Positions 8,397 to 15,860 of a DNA stretch of 24,712 nucleotides are shown here, piece by piece. The stretch spans positions 1 to 24,712 of IMG/VR virus record IMGVR_UViG_3300043681_000002; one strand, given 5' to 3'. Numbering within the stretch: the first letter of the stretch is position 1; each line of letters begins with the position of its first letter. The stretch comes from a virus. Its lineage: Duplodnaviria > Caudoviricetes. The notes under the pieces are model-generated. The model searched no databases, had not been told where the DNA came from, and saw only the letters and a program-made list of their open reading frames with translations. Both the position numbers and the translations under genes were made by a program.

Positions 8397-9330
8397 GTCC
8401 CTTCCCAGGTTTAGTCGGCGGCACTGGTGGTGGCGGCGTTGTTATGAATGAGATCGGTAACAGATCAAGGACAGGTCGTAGTGCAAGCACGTCACCGCCT
8501 AGTGGATTGGCTAGGTTCCACACGCTATTACCAATGAAGTTGGTAGGACCAACACTGGTTGGATTGAGTATGCCATAGCCACCAGGATTGTCGTTGACTA
8601 TGGTGTTACCACTGAGCGTGACGTTGTTCGATGCATAAGCCAAGCCTTCTTCACCATACGCAATGATTGCTGGGTTCTGTGTATTAGATCCTTGCTGGAT
8701 CACGTTGTTGCGGATGCTGGCATTGCCACCATTGGGTAAGTCGATAGAGTAGCTGGCACTCCCGTTGTTATCGAAGATGCGGTTGTTCGTGATCGTGTTG
8801 TTCGCAGCACGTGACTTGATCTCATGTCCAACAGCGGTATCGTGTATGTAGCTGTTGGTTATCGTGAAGCTAGCAAGTTGGTTGACGTAGACACCATGCG
8901 TGTGTCCGCTACCATCACCGTTGAATGCAATCTCCAGGTGATCCATGAGGATGTTACCGTTCGGATCGTTCGCACCAAGGACACCTTCCTGATTGTTATA
9001 GAACCAGTCGTCTCGTAGTGTTAGATCACCACCCTCATAGCGTATAGCTGCACCGTTGTTATCAGGCACAGTCACGCCACTGATAGCAAAGCCAGCAATG
9101 GTAACGGCAATGCCTGGAACACCAACGGTAATGGCTGCCTTGCCATTAGGTGGCGACACGCTTGCATCGATACGTGCCAGACCACCTGATGCACTCAGTG
9201 TCATGGACTTGGTGATAGACAAGAACTGATTGGTGTATGTGCCAGCAGCAACCGATACCGTATCGCCTACACCTGCGATGTCGATTGCTGATTGTATGTT
9301 ATCCCCAACTCCGACACTGATAACAGTCAT
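8371..9330 (-). CDS. Right-handed parallel beta-helix (pectin-lyase-like fold) protein
   Basis: IQSAIDIAGVGDTVSVAAGTY N-cap, Asn-ladder repeats (TITNSYIHD, TITNNRIFD, SIRNNVIQ, TLSGNTIVN), GHEIKSRA motif. Confidence 0.88.
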   Translation of the reverse strand: MTVISVGVGDNIQSAIDIAGVGDTVSVAAGTYTNQFLSITKSMTLSASGGLARIDASVSPPNGKAAITVGVPGIAVTIAGFAISGVTVPDNNGAAIRYEGGDLTLRDDWFYNNQEGVLGANDPNGNILMDHLEIAFNGDGSGHTHGVYVNQLASFTITNSYIHDTAVGHEIKSRAANNTITNNRIFDNNGSASYSIDLPNGGNASIRNNVIQQGSNTQNPAIIAYGEEGLAYASNNVTLSGNTIVNDNPGGYGILNPTSVGPTNFIGNSVWNLANPLGGDVLALRPVLDLLPISFITTPPPPVPPTKPGKGHGRGKPTR

Positions 9331-9569
9331 GTGCTGTCTTCCTCTTTGGTGTTACGTTCCAACGCATGGATTTTATTCTGCAACGTGCTACTGATATGCA
9401 GGAACCTCTCCAGTTGTTCGACCATGTTACCCATTACCTCGGCTGCATCACGCAAGTTGCTACGCAATGCACTCACCTCCTCAATCGTAGCCTCAAGTGA
9501 GTGCACAACACCACGCTCGAAGCCCATCTCGGCTACGTTCACGCGCACATCACGCGCTCTGATCGACAT
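9327..9569 (-). CDS. Hypothetical coiled-coil protein
   Basis: AGGAGG SD; heptad-like helical sequence; ATGA coupling downstream. Confidence 0.75.
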   Translation of the reverse strand: MSIRARDVRVNVAEMGFERGVVHSLEATIEEVSALRSNLRDAAEVMGNMVEQLERFLHISSTLQNKIHALERNTKEEDST

Positions 9570-9957
9570 TGTTATCCTCCTGTGTGCTATGCACGATGAA
9601 GTACTTAGGTGTTATGTGTTTCACCTTACCTGTTTTGTTCCAATGCGTAAGACGGCTGCTTGCTGTGCCGATTGGTAGATGTGCAACATCTGCTAGTTCT
9701 CTGGCTGTAAGACCTTTACTACCCGCAGCTTCTAGTGCAAGAGCAATCTCATTATCTGCTCGGCTATATATTGGTCTACCTACCTTATACGATCCACGTT
9801 TCACTGGCTCCGCAACTGGTTGCTGTTCCAACTCCTTGAGCATCTGCGTATACACGTCGATGCGTGCACGTATCGCAGTCATCTCATTGACCAATGCGAT
9901 ACGTTTATCTTCTATCCACTTCTTCACAACGAGTGTGCTTGTCTTGTTCAGTTCCAT
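9550..9957 (-). CDS. Coiled-coil plus winged helix-turn-helix DNA-binding protein
   Basis: C-terminal GLTARELADVAHLPIGTASSRLTHWNKTGKV wHTH pattern; start MELNKTS with AGGA SD (track start 9990). Confidence 0.75.
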   Translation of the reverse strand: MELNKTSTLVVKKWIEDKRIALVNEMTAIRARIDVYTQMLKELEQQPVAEPVKRGSYKVGRPIYSRADNEIALALEAAGSKGLTARELADVAHLPIGTASSRLTHWNKTGKVKHITPKYFIVHSTQEDNNVDQSA

Positions 9958-9967
9958 GTGCTTGTTC

Positions 9968-10249
9968 CTATGCTTGTAACTCGAATGCACGCAGTCGGAC
10001 CTTGTGGATTAGCTGATCCACCTTAGCCTCTTGTTCCGCAAGCCTATCGAGTGCACGTTTGGCTACACCATATGCCTTCTCAAACTGTAGCCATGTGGTT
10101 AGGCGCGCGTCGTCTGCTTTGACTTTGGCTATAGCCTCTAGCTTCTGCACTCTAGCAAGTCGCCGCTCACGTATAGCTGCGAGCATAGCATCGAGTTCAT
10201 CAACTGATAGCTGATTGATAGCAGCACGTTCGGTTGGCGTGTCATTCAC
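9968..10249 (-). CDS. Hypothetical helical protein
   Basis: GGAG SD, GTG start, tight packing in the operon. Confidence 0.75.
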   Translation of the reverse strand: MNDTPTERAAINQLSVDELDAMLAAIRERRLARVQKLEAIAKVKADDARLTTWLQFEKAYGVAKRALDRLAEQEAKVDQLIHKVRLRAFELQA

Positions 10250-10502
10250 TGTTCTCCTCCATTGCGATGATGTGCTTGTTCAACGCATGGATTTGCTTGC
10301 GTGCCTTGACACTAGCACTCTCCAATGTAGGAGCCGAGCCCATGTATGGATAGGTGCGCTTATAGTTTACTGTCCACACCCATTGCTCAGACTTAGGCGC
10401 ACGTGGATCGAACGTGCATGTATACTTCTGTCCACCATGTTCAAACGTCTGTGACTTAGGCGGTATTGGTTTGCGTTCACTCATGTGTATGACCTTGCCC
10501 AC
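10242..10502 (-). CDS. Hypothetical protein
   Basis: GAGGAG SD before GTG; overlaps the next start. Confidence 0.75.
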   Translation of the reverse strand: MGKVIHMSERKPIPPKSQTFEHGGQKYTCTFDPRAPKSEQWVWTVNYKRTYPYMGSAPTLESASVKARKQIHALNKHIIAMEENSE

Positions 10503-10519
10503 TGTGTTGCTCCTCGAAC

Positions 10520-10554
10520 ACGAATAGCACCATGCTACCGAAGCAGCATGGTGC
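10520..10554 (-). terminator. cUUCGg hairpin, putative terminator or processing site
   Basis: Minus strand GCACCATGCTGC-TTCG-GTAGCATGGTGC (12 bp, one G.U) followed by TATTCGTGTT; intergenic. Confidence 0.6.
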
Positions 10555-10573
10555 CTTCTCGACTAGCTTGTGT

Positions 10574-11026
10574 CTAGTCGTCGTTCGTAAGCAAGTAAGT
10601 GGTGAACACATGTGCGGGACGTGACTTGCTTGATGCATGTGCAATGGCTTCCTCCAGTATATCATCTGGAACACCATTCTCAGCCAGATAAGCAAGCAGC
10701 TTGTCTGCATTGACACGCTCAGCAGCATTACTCACTGCTAAACTAATCGACATGATGTCGCCGTTATACACGACAGACTTGCTGCCCTCGGGTTGTGGGT
10801 TCTTCTCCTTGTCGATCAGCACACCAGCTTTCACTGCTGCCTTCTCAGCTTGCTCCTTGCGCTTATTCGCAAGAGCAACAAGTTGCTGAGCAACCCAGTA
10901 GTCATACGCATAGCTGTCTGTGTTGCTCGTGGATGATGGCATCTTAGTGCCGTTGCTCTTACCGATATTGGTAAATGCAGTGTTCACCTTGTCTACAAGT
11001 TTGTTCTTGTCTGATGACGATAGCAT
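10574..11026 (-). CDS. Hypothetical protein (150 aa)
   Basis: Directly downstream of the promoter at 11060-11088; AAGGAAGG SD before MLSSSDKNK (track start 11050). Confidence 0.8.
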   Translation of the reverse strand: MLSSSDKNKLVDKVNTAFTNIGKSNGTKMPSSTSNTDSYAYDYWVAQQLVALANKRKEQAEKAAVKAGVLIDKEKNPQPEGSKSVVYNGDIMSISLAVSNAAERVNADKLLAYLAENGVPDDILEEAIAHASSKSRPAHVFTTYLLTNDD

Positions 11027-11059
11027 TGCTAGGTCCTTCCTTTGCTTCATTACGTAAGT

Positions 11060-11088
11060 ATTATAGCACGTTGTTACGCTTATGTCAA
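11060..11088 (-). promoter_or_regulatory. Consensus sigma70 promoter
   Basis: TTGACA-TAAGCGTAACAACGTGC (17 nt)-TATAAT, intergenic. Confidence 0.9.
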
Positions 11089-11090
11089 GT

Positions 11091-12038
11091 CTACGCCAAC
11101 TCTAGCTGTTTCCACGCCGGTGACTCGATCCACTTAGCCACATTCAACTCACGTTGTAGCATCGTGCTTGCCACAGTGTCCTGTTCAGTAGTTGTCTTAC
11201 GCAATCTGAAGTCACCATCTGCATGGGATGCATAGTATGTCAGTGCACTATACACAGCCCACATGTTTGCACCTCGTGTCTCCTGTTCACGCAGGTATTG
11301 TGTGTTCAGGTTCTCGCGTAGCTTCTCGCTGCTGGCTAATTCCTTGAACAATTCCATTGCAGCACTGTGCTTGATTGGTGTCTCAGTCCACTGCTTCCAC
11401 TTGGTTTGGTTACTAGCGAACGTCTCCAGTGCACGCTCGATGATACGATCCACACCAGCCACGATCAAGCCACTGGTGTGCTTGTTGTAAGACGACTGAT
11501 GCTCACCACTGATGATGCCGTTGGTGCAGAAGAAGTCGATTGCACCGCTGTGTATGCGTAACGCTGAGCCACCGTAACCGTTCTGCACAATGGTGCGGAA
11601 TGCGATGTCTGACTTAGCACCACCACCGAGATGGCACTTGATGTTAGGGAATATGTATTCACGGTAGCACATACGTCCCCAGCCCGATACGCGGTCTTTT
11701 ATTTGAACACCGTCCAAGGTATGTGCAGGCATTACCTTGCGCATGGTTTGCTCCACACGCCCGAATAGTTCACGGTTGTGCACCAGCTTATAGTTGCTGC
11801 CTACCACGCTCAGCACATGCACACTGTCTTCGTTGAGTGTAGCGGGATCACTGTTGTCTGGGATGCGGATGATCGCCTTATGCGTATGGATAGGCTGATA
11901 TCCACCAGCACGTGTCTGCCATCCGGTCTTGCGTTCACCAACTGGGAACATAATGCTGGATGGTTGTGCGTTGTGAGTAGCGAACGGATCGTTATCGTCT
12001 TCAGGGAATTGGTTGATGTTCGTGATGTCGAGTGGCAT
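11091..12038 (-). CDS. DUF932 family protein
   Basis: VLSVVGSNYKLVHNRELF, QNGYGGS, FFCTNG, KHTSG, NMWAVYSALTYYASH match the DUF932 pattern; start MPLDITN by TAATG overlap. Confidence 0.8.
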   Translation of the reverse strand: MPLDITNINQFPEDDNDPFATHNAQPSSIMFPVGERKTGWQTRAGGYQPIHTHKAIIRIPDNSDPATLNEDSVHVLSVVGSNYKLVHNRELFGRVEQTMRKVMPAHTLDGVQIKDRVSGWGRMCYREYIFPNIKCHLGGGAKSDIAFRTIVQNGYGGSALRIHSGAIDFFCTNGIISGEHQSSYNKHTSGLIVAGVDRIIERALETFASNQTKWKQWTETPIKHSAAMELFKELASSEKLRENLNTQYLREQETRGANMWAVYSALTYYASHADGDFRLRKTTTEQDTVASTMLQRELNVAKWIESPAWKQLELA

Positions 12039-12265
12039 TATTCTTCTCCTGTCCACATGTTGGTTTTAGCATCCCACGTATATCCCCACTCAACCATATC
12101 ATGGTTGTTTGGATCATCACACATGCAACTACCATCTCCACGATAGTGTTCAGGCATGAGGATGAAGTGCGGACACTTAGCTATATCCGATTGTTGGATA
12201 TCGCGGATATCGGTTTCGACCGGCTTACCTTGTGCATCAAGTGTTAGTTTGCTGAATCGTGTCAT
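12038..12265 (-). CDS. Small Cys/His-containing hypothetical protein
   Basis: CPH...H...CMCD possible metal site; tight operon packing. Confidence 0.7.
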   Translation of the reverse strand: MTRFSKLTLDAQGKPVETDIRDIQQSDIAKCPHFILMPEHYRGDGSCMCDDPNNHDMVEWGYTWDAKTNMWTGEE

Positions 12266-12266
12266 G

Positions 12267-12452
12267 TCATATACTCAGTTTGGGTTTGCCTTGGATAATT
12301 GCACCAGCAACACGTCTTGGTGTTATCGACTCCAGGCGTTTAGCAGATGGACCATGGAACTTAGGCACATCAGGTTGTTTCAACGACTTGGTTTGCGTAG
12401 AGTTTACCACTGACGGCATACCGCTTATCTGTGGTGATTTAGGGAATGGCAT
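12267..12452 (-). CDS. Small basic hypothetical protein
   Basis: AAAGGA SD; fills the gap in the operon. Confidence 0.6.
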   Translation of the reverse strand: MPFPKSPQISGMPSVVNSTQTKSLKQPDVPKFHGPSAKRLESITPRRVAGAIIQGKPKLSI

Positions 12453-12496
12453 GGCTAGTTGATCCTTTCATTTGCATGTTGGGCGCTGCGGAAGTG

Positions 12497-12718
12497 TCAG
12501 CGCGCGTGTTGTAGGCACGTATCCAGCAGTTGTTGCATTATCGCAGATGTATGTTGTGCACGTTTGTCTACAAACCATATGAGTAGTCCCATGAACATGA
12601 TGTTCATTAGTATAAGCGCGAGGTATTGTGGTCCCAGCGATACGACTATGGACGATCCAAGTTTAGAGAGGGTCGCCATGAGGCCCTGAGGTTGGTCTGA
12701 CACGATAGATGCCTCCAT
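12497..12718 (-). CDS. Small membrane protein
   Basis: Hydrophobic YLALILMNIMFMGLLIWFV segment; the true start may be GTG at 12703 (GGAGG SD). Confidence 0.7.
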   Translation of the reverse strand: MEASIVSDQPQGLMATLSKLGSSIVVSLGPQYLALILMNIMFMGLLIWFVDKRAQHTSAIMQQLLDTCLQHAR

Positions 12719-12737
12719 ACCCCAACGCCGAATGATA

Positions 12738-13205
12738 TCATGGCTCTACGCCGTCTCCTACCGTCTTATGGATGCGTCCGATGGCAATCGCTGAGACCGC
12801 TGTTCGGCTGATGCCGTATAGCTTAGCGATATCTTCCTGTGTCCTCCCTTCAGCGAGCAATGCACGAATTGCACGCACCACGTTCTTAGGCATACCGTGT
12901 CGTTCACGTTCTATAGCATCGTTGGTATTCTCCTCGCGTGTGCCGACACGTAGATGTTTGGGATTGCCGCAACCAGTTGGATAACCTCCACGATCACAAC
13001 TGTGTAGGATTTGTTGATTAGGATTAAGCAACTCACCCGTAACGAGTTCATAGACCCAACGATATGCCATCGTGCGTCGTTTACCAGCAGTGAATGTTGG
13101 TCGCTGTTCACGTGCACGACCTGTCCAGCCACCTAGCCACTGCCAGCATTCATCGCCTGCCTTCATGTCATACAGACGAAACACGTCCTTGGGATCGTTA
13201 GACAT
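12738..13205 (-). CDS. HNH (His-Cys type) endonuclease with C-terminal HTH
   Basis: ECWQWLG, AYRWVY, ILHSCD...CGNPKHLRVGTREEN, then TQEDIAKLYGISRTAVSAI HTH. Start MSNDPK with GGAG SD (track start 13226). Confidence 0.9.
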   Translation of the reverse strand: MSNDPKDVFRLYDMKAGDECWQWLGGWTGRAREQRPTFTAGKRRTMAYRWVYELVTGELLNPNQQILHSCDRGGYPTGCGNPKHLRVGTREENTNDAIERERHGMPKNVVRAIRALLAEGRTQEDIAKLYGISRTAVSAIAIGRIHKTVGDGVEP

Positions 13206-13219
13206 GTCATACTCCAGAC

Positions 13220-13257
13220 ATGCCAATGCACCCTGCTGTTACACAGGGTGCTGGCAT
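13220..13257. other. Intergenic hairpin
   Basis: ATGCCA-(AT)-GCACCCTG-CTGTTACA-CAGGGTGC-TGGCAT: 14 bp with one bulge, no U-tract. Confidence 0.55.
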
Positions 13258-13263
13258 ATTACA

Positions 13264-13641
13264 TTACCACTTCTTGTCTGTGGTATCTACATCAGGCTCA
13301 GGTGCAGGCAGCAACAGGCTCAGCTTGTTACCGTTCTTCATGTCATACATACGCATGACATCCTGGCATGAGCGTGACAGCACTTGTCCTTCGGTATCGG
13401 CTGACTTGTTATAATTCTCACCGATACGCACATCCCAATGTGCCTCATCAGTCCATGACATAACAAACCGACATGAGTTGTTACCCTCATACAAGTTTGG
13501 CTCACTCGCATGCATACGCTTGAACTCATTCTTAATCCGATTGCGGATCAGCAGTTCAAACTCCAGGTCAGTCAGCGCATTAGCCAAGTAGATAGCGAGT
13601 TCAGCACCTTCGTAGTCTACGTTGATTGTCATATCATTCAC
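13264..13641 (-). CDS. Hypothetical protein
   Basis: 125-aa ORF in the early operon; start uncertain. Confidence 0.75.
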   Translation of the reverse strand: MNDMTINVDYEGAELAIYLANALTDLEFELLIRNRIKNEFKRMHASEPNLYEGNNSCRFVMSWTDEAHWDVRIGENYNKSADTEGQVLSRSCQDVMRMYDMKNGNKLSLLLPAPEPDVDTTDKKW

Positions 13642-13650
13642 CTTGTGTTG

Positions 13651-13863
13651 TTACCAGGTATCGTCTGGCCGTTTACCCATGTTGAGTATGTCATTGCGAT
13701 TACGTGATGCATCCAAGCAGATGTCGATGAACAACTGCACCTTGAATGATCTGTCTACCTTCTGGAAACCATATGCAAATTCCCTCGCACATACCTCACG
13801 CATGTGTGCATCATCTAGATCGTTGATGATCGAGGCAACTAGCATATAGTCACGACGTTGCAT
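13651..13863 (-). CDS. Small hypothetical protein, paralog of 14989-15165
   Basis: MQRRDYMLVA...FKVQLFIDIC; 18/49 ungapped identities with the paralog. Confidence 0.8.
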   Translation of the reverse strand: MQRRDYMLVASIINDLDDAHMREVCAREFAYGFQKVDRSFKVQLFIDICLDASRNRNDILNMGKRPDDTW

Positions 13864-13865
13864 GT

Positions 13866-14105
13866 TTACTGCTCACATAGTGATAAGGCATGATCCACAT
13901 ACTCAAGTAAGTATTTGGCATAGCTAAGCACCAACCGATGACCATCGAACGTGATCACGTGGTCATCCGTCATGCCTTCGTCATGGATAGCATGATATAC
14001 ATCCATGTATAAGCGGTTGTGCTTCTCACGTGTCCACTCGATGCCTTGTGTTACGTGCTCAACTGTTTCTTGATTTGTCTTTGTCACTGTGCGTGCTCCA
14101 TCCAT
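13866..14105 (-). CDS. Hypothetical protein
   Basis: ORF in the operon; start uncertain (GTG at 14087 possible). Confidence 0.7.
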   Translation of the reverse strand: MDGARTVTKTNQETVEHVTQGIEWTREKHNRLYMDVYHAIHDEGMTDDHVITFDGHRLVLSYAKYLLEYVDHALSLCEQ

Positions 14106-14370
14106 ATCGGATTGTGTTATCAGTAGGACGAGTTAAGATAATCTCATCTCCCTCGTCAGCGCGTACTGTTATGCGTTCTATCATACCACTGTTGTGACAC
14201 TCCAAGTATGTCCCGTATACGAAGTCGTTAGTAGAAATCCATAACCTCCATCCATGCTCCATACGCACGATGCGTTGTAATCTAGTGCCAACCGGGACAC
14301 CGACAAGACATTGTTCTAGTGTGAGCATTGGATATGGTAGTGTTGCAAAGCCAGCAATCAGCTTACTCAT
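14059..14370 (-). CDS. Hypothetical protein (103 aa)
   Basis: GAAGGA SD before MSKLIAG (the track start 14424 lies inside the HNH gene). Confidence 0.7.
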   Translation of the reverse strand: MSKLIAGFATLPYPMLTLEQCLVGVPVGTRLQRIVRMEHGWRLWISTNDFVYGTYLECHNSGMIERITVRADEGDEIILTRPTDNTIRYGWSTHSDKDKSRNS

Positions 14371-14815
14371 TTTGATCCTTCCATTTCTGTAACACAACAT
14401 CACGTGCCCGTTGTGCATCTTCAAGAAGCACGAATACCCTAGACCAGTTCTCTTGTCCCCTCCTTATGTAGACACAATACTTTCCAGTTGGTGTAAGCAC
14501 GATGTTCAGCATCGGATTGTCTACTCCCTTATGGTTTAAGCGGTTCTGTTGTAGTGATGCATATCGTAGATTACTGCGTCGATTGTTCAACTTGTTGCGG
14601 TCTATATGATCGACTACTACTTCTGCATCCCAAGGTATGCCTACAATAAAATGATGTATTGCTAGATTTCTACGATCACCAATTGTAGTAACAACATATC
14701 CCTTAGTTGATAATGCCCAAGTAAATGTAGACAATAGCCATTCGTCTTCTACATCTACAAGAATACCAAGTTCAGTTGCTCTTACTAATCGTTGATCCAC
14801 TGTCAATTTTGTCAT
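14363..14815 (-). CDS. HNH homing endonuclease with AP2-like C-terminus
   Basis: IHHFIV...VDHIDRNKLNNRRSNLRYA...LEDAQRARD; clear paralog of 6832-7314; visibly AT-richer than its flanks. Confidence 0.9.
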   Translation of the reverse strand: MTKLTVDQRLVRATELGILVDVEDEWLLSTFTWALSTKGYVVTTIGDRRNLAIHHFIVGIPWDAEVVVDHIDRNKLNNRRSNLRYASLQQNRLNHKGVDNPMLNIVLTPTGKYCVYIRRGQENWSRVFVLLEDAQRARDVVLQKWKDQNE

Positions 14816-15005
14816 TGAACGCTCTTTCAAGTGGCGCACCGATTGCAATCAACCCAATACAAGGGAACTCGTTGTCTAACGCATGAATGGATAGCTTCTC
14901 AACGATAGCCTGTATTGCTTCCTCCTTAGTGTCGAACACACGTGGTGATCTACCACGCACACCATTGAAGAATGTAGTGAATGACCACCTAGTTGTTGTC
15001 TGCAT
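14772..15005 (-). CDS. Hypothetical protein
   Basis: GGAGG SD; FDTKEEAI motif common in small phage proteins; 3' end overlaps the HNH gene. Confidence 0.65.
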   Translation of the reverse strand: MQTTTRWSFTTFFNGVRGRSPRVFDTKEEAIQAIVEKLSIHALDNEFPCIGLIAIGAPLERAFNDKIDSGSTISKSN

Positions 15006-15165
15006 TCACATGTCCTCCACATGCAGCTAAGAACGTGTCGATGTTGAATCGTCTGTTATCCTCACGCAGTGCATATGCTATAACACGAGCACATGACATA
15101 CGTATCAGATCGTTGTCGATACTGCGTATTGCAGTAGCCAACAGGATGTAGTCTTTTCTACTCAT
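14989..15165 (-). CDS. 58-aa hypothetical protein, paralog of 13651-13863
   Basis: Below the track cutoff; hand-translated MSRKDYILLATAIRSIDNDLIRMSCARVIAYALREDNRRFNIDTFLAACGGHVNADNN*. Confidence 0.8.
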   Translation of the reverse strand: MSRKDYILLATAIRSIDNDLIRMSCARVIAYALREDNRRFNIDTFLAACGGHVNADNN

Positions 15166-15272
15166 GGCTGAGCCATATAATAGTCATGCAGATTACCGAA
15201 TATGATACCTGCAATAATGAATGGGCCAAATCCTATAGTCAGCATGATGCACCAATGCATTAGCCTATTCAT
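15162..15272 (-). CDS. 36-aa membrane peptide
   Basis: Hand-translated MNRLMHWCIMLTIGFGPFIIAGIIFGNLHDYYMAQP*; GAGGTG SD; ATGA overlap with the next gene. Confidence 0.65.
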   Translation of the reverse strand: MNRLMHWCIMLTIGFGPFIIAGIIFGNLHDYYMAQP

Positions 15273-15456
15273 GTCTAATCACCTCTTCATCTGGAAACCA
15301 GAACCATCCACAGATAGTACAGCCTACTTCACCATCACCTAATGGAACAAAGTTATGATCACATGATCTGTGATCTACTGTTCCGTCAGGTAGTGGTTCA
15401 GCTACGAATTGTGCTACGAGTCGTGGCTTAGGGATACGCATTGTCTTGTTCCTCAA
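15265..15456 (-). CDS. Small putative zinc-ribbon protein
   Basis: CDH...CTICG motif; ATGA-type coupling upstream. Confidence 0.65.
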   Translation of the reverse strand: MRNKTMRIPKPRLVAQFVAEPLPDGTVDHRSCDHNFVPLGDGEVGCTICGWFWFPDEEVIRHE

Positions 15457-15692
15457 GTTTCACTGCTGAGAATGTCCTTGATGTCATCCATTGCGGACTC
15501 AATGCTATCGGCTGCTTGCTCTAGCATGTCGATGATGTGCGTCATGCGTGCACCTTTCTCGCTCTCTTGCATCTTATCGCTAAGTTCGTCGAAGTTTTCT
15601 TGCTGGTCTTCTCGATAGGCATCAAGATATGCCTTGACCTCATCAAGTGCAGCAACTTGTGTGTTGAACATAGCCTTGTTTATTTTGCTCAT
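15453..15692 (-). CDS. Small acidic helical protein
   Basis: AAGGTG SD; first substantial gene after the promoter at 15782-15810. Confidence 0.8.
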   Translation of the reverse strand: MSKINKAMFNTQVAALDEVKAYLDAYREDQQENFDELSDKMQESEKGARMTHIIDMLEQAADSIESAMDDIKDILSSET

Positions 15693-15781
15693 ATTGTGTT
15701 CACCTTTGTGTTAGCTGTCTGGTCTCATATGATGATACATCATGTAGTCATCTGCTACTTCCCTTCCCCAATTGTTCTTGT

Positions 15782-15810
15782 ATAATAGCACATTATTACG
15801 CTTATGTCAA
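15782..15810 (-). promoter_or_regulatory. Sigma70 promoter (twin of 11060-11088)
   Basis: TTGACA-TAAGCGTAATAATGTGC (17 nt)-TATTAT. Confidence 0.85.
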
Positions 15811-15860
15811 GCTTGTTGCAGACATGTATCGTTGCATCAGGTTATGATGTTCTCTTTCTC

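Noticed and set aside
15711-15753. Mini-ORFs MTT* and MMYHHMRPDS* after the promoter at 15782
   Set aside because: Too short to distinguish from chance despite a purine-rich upstream tract.
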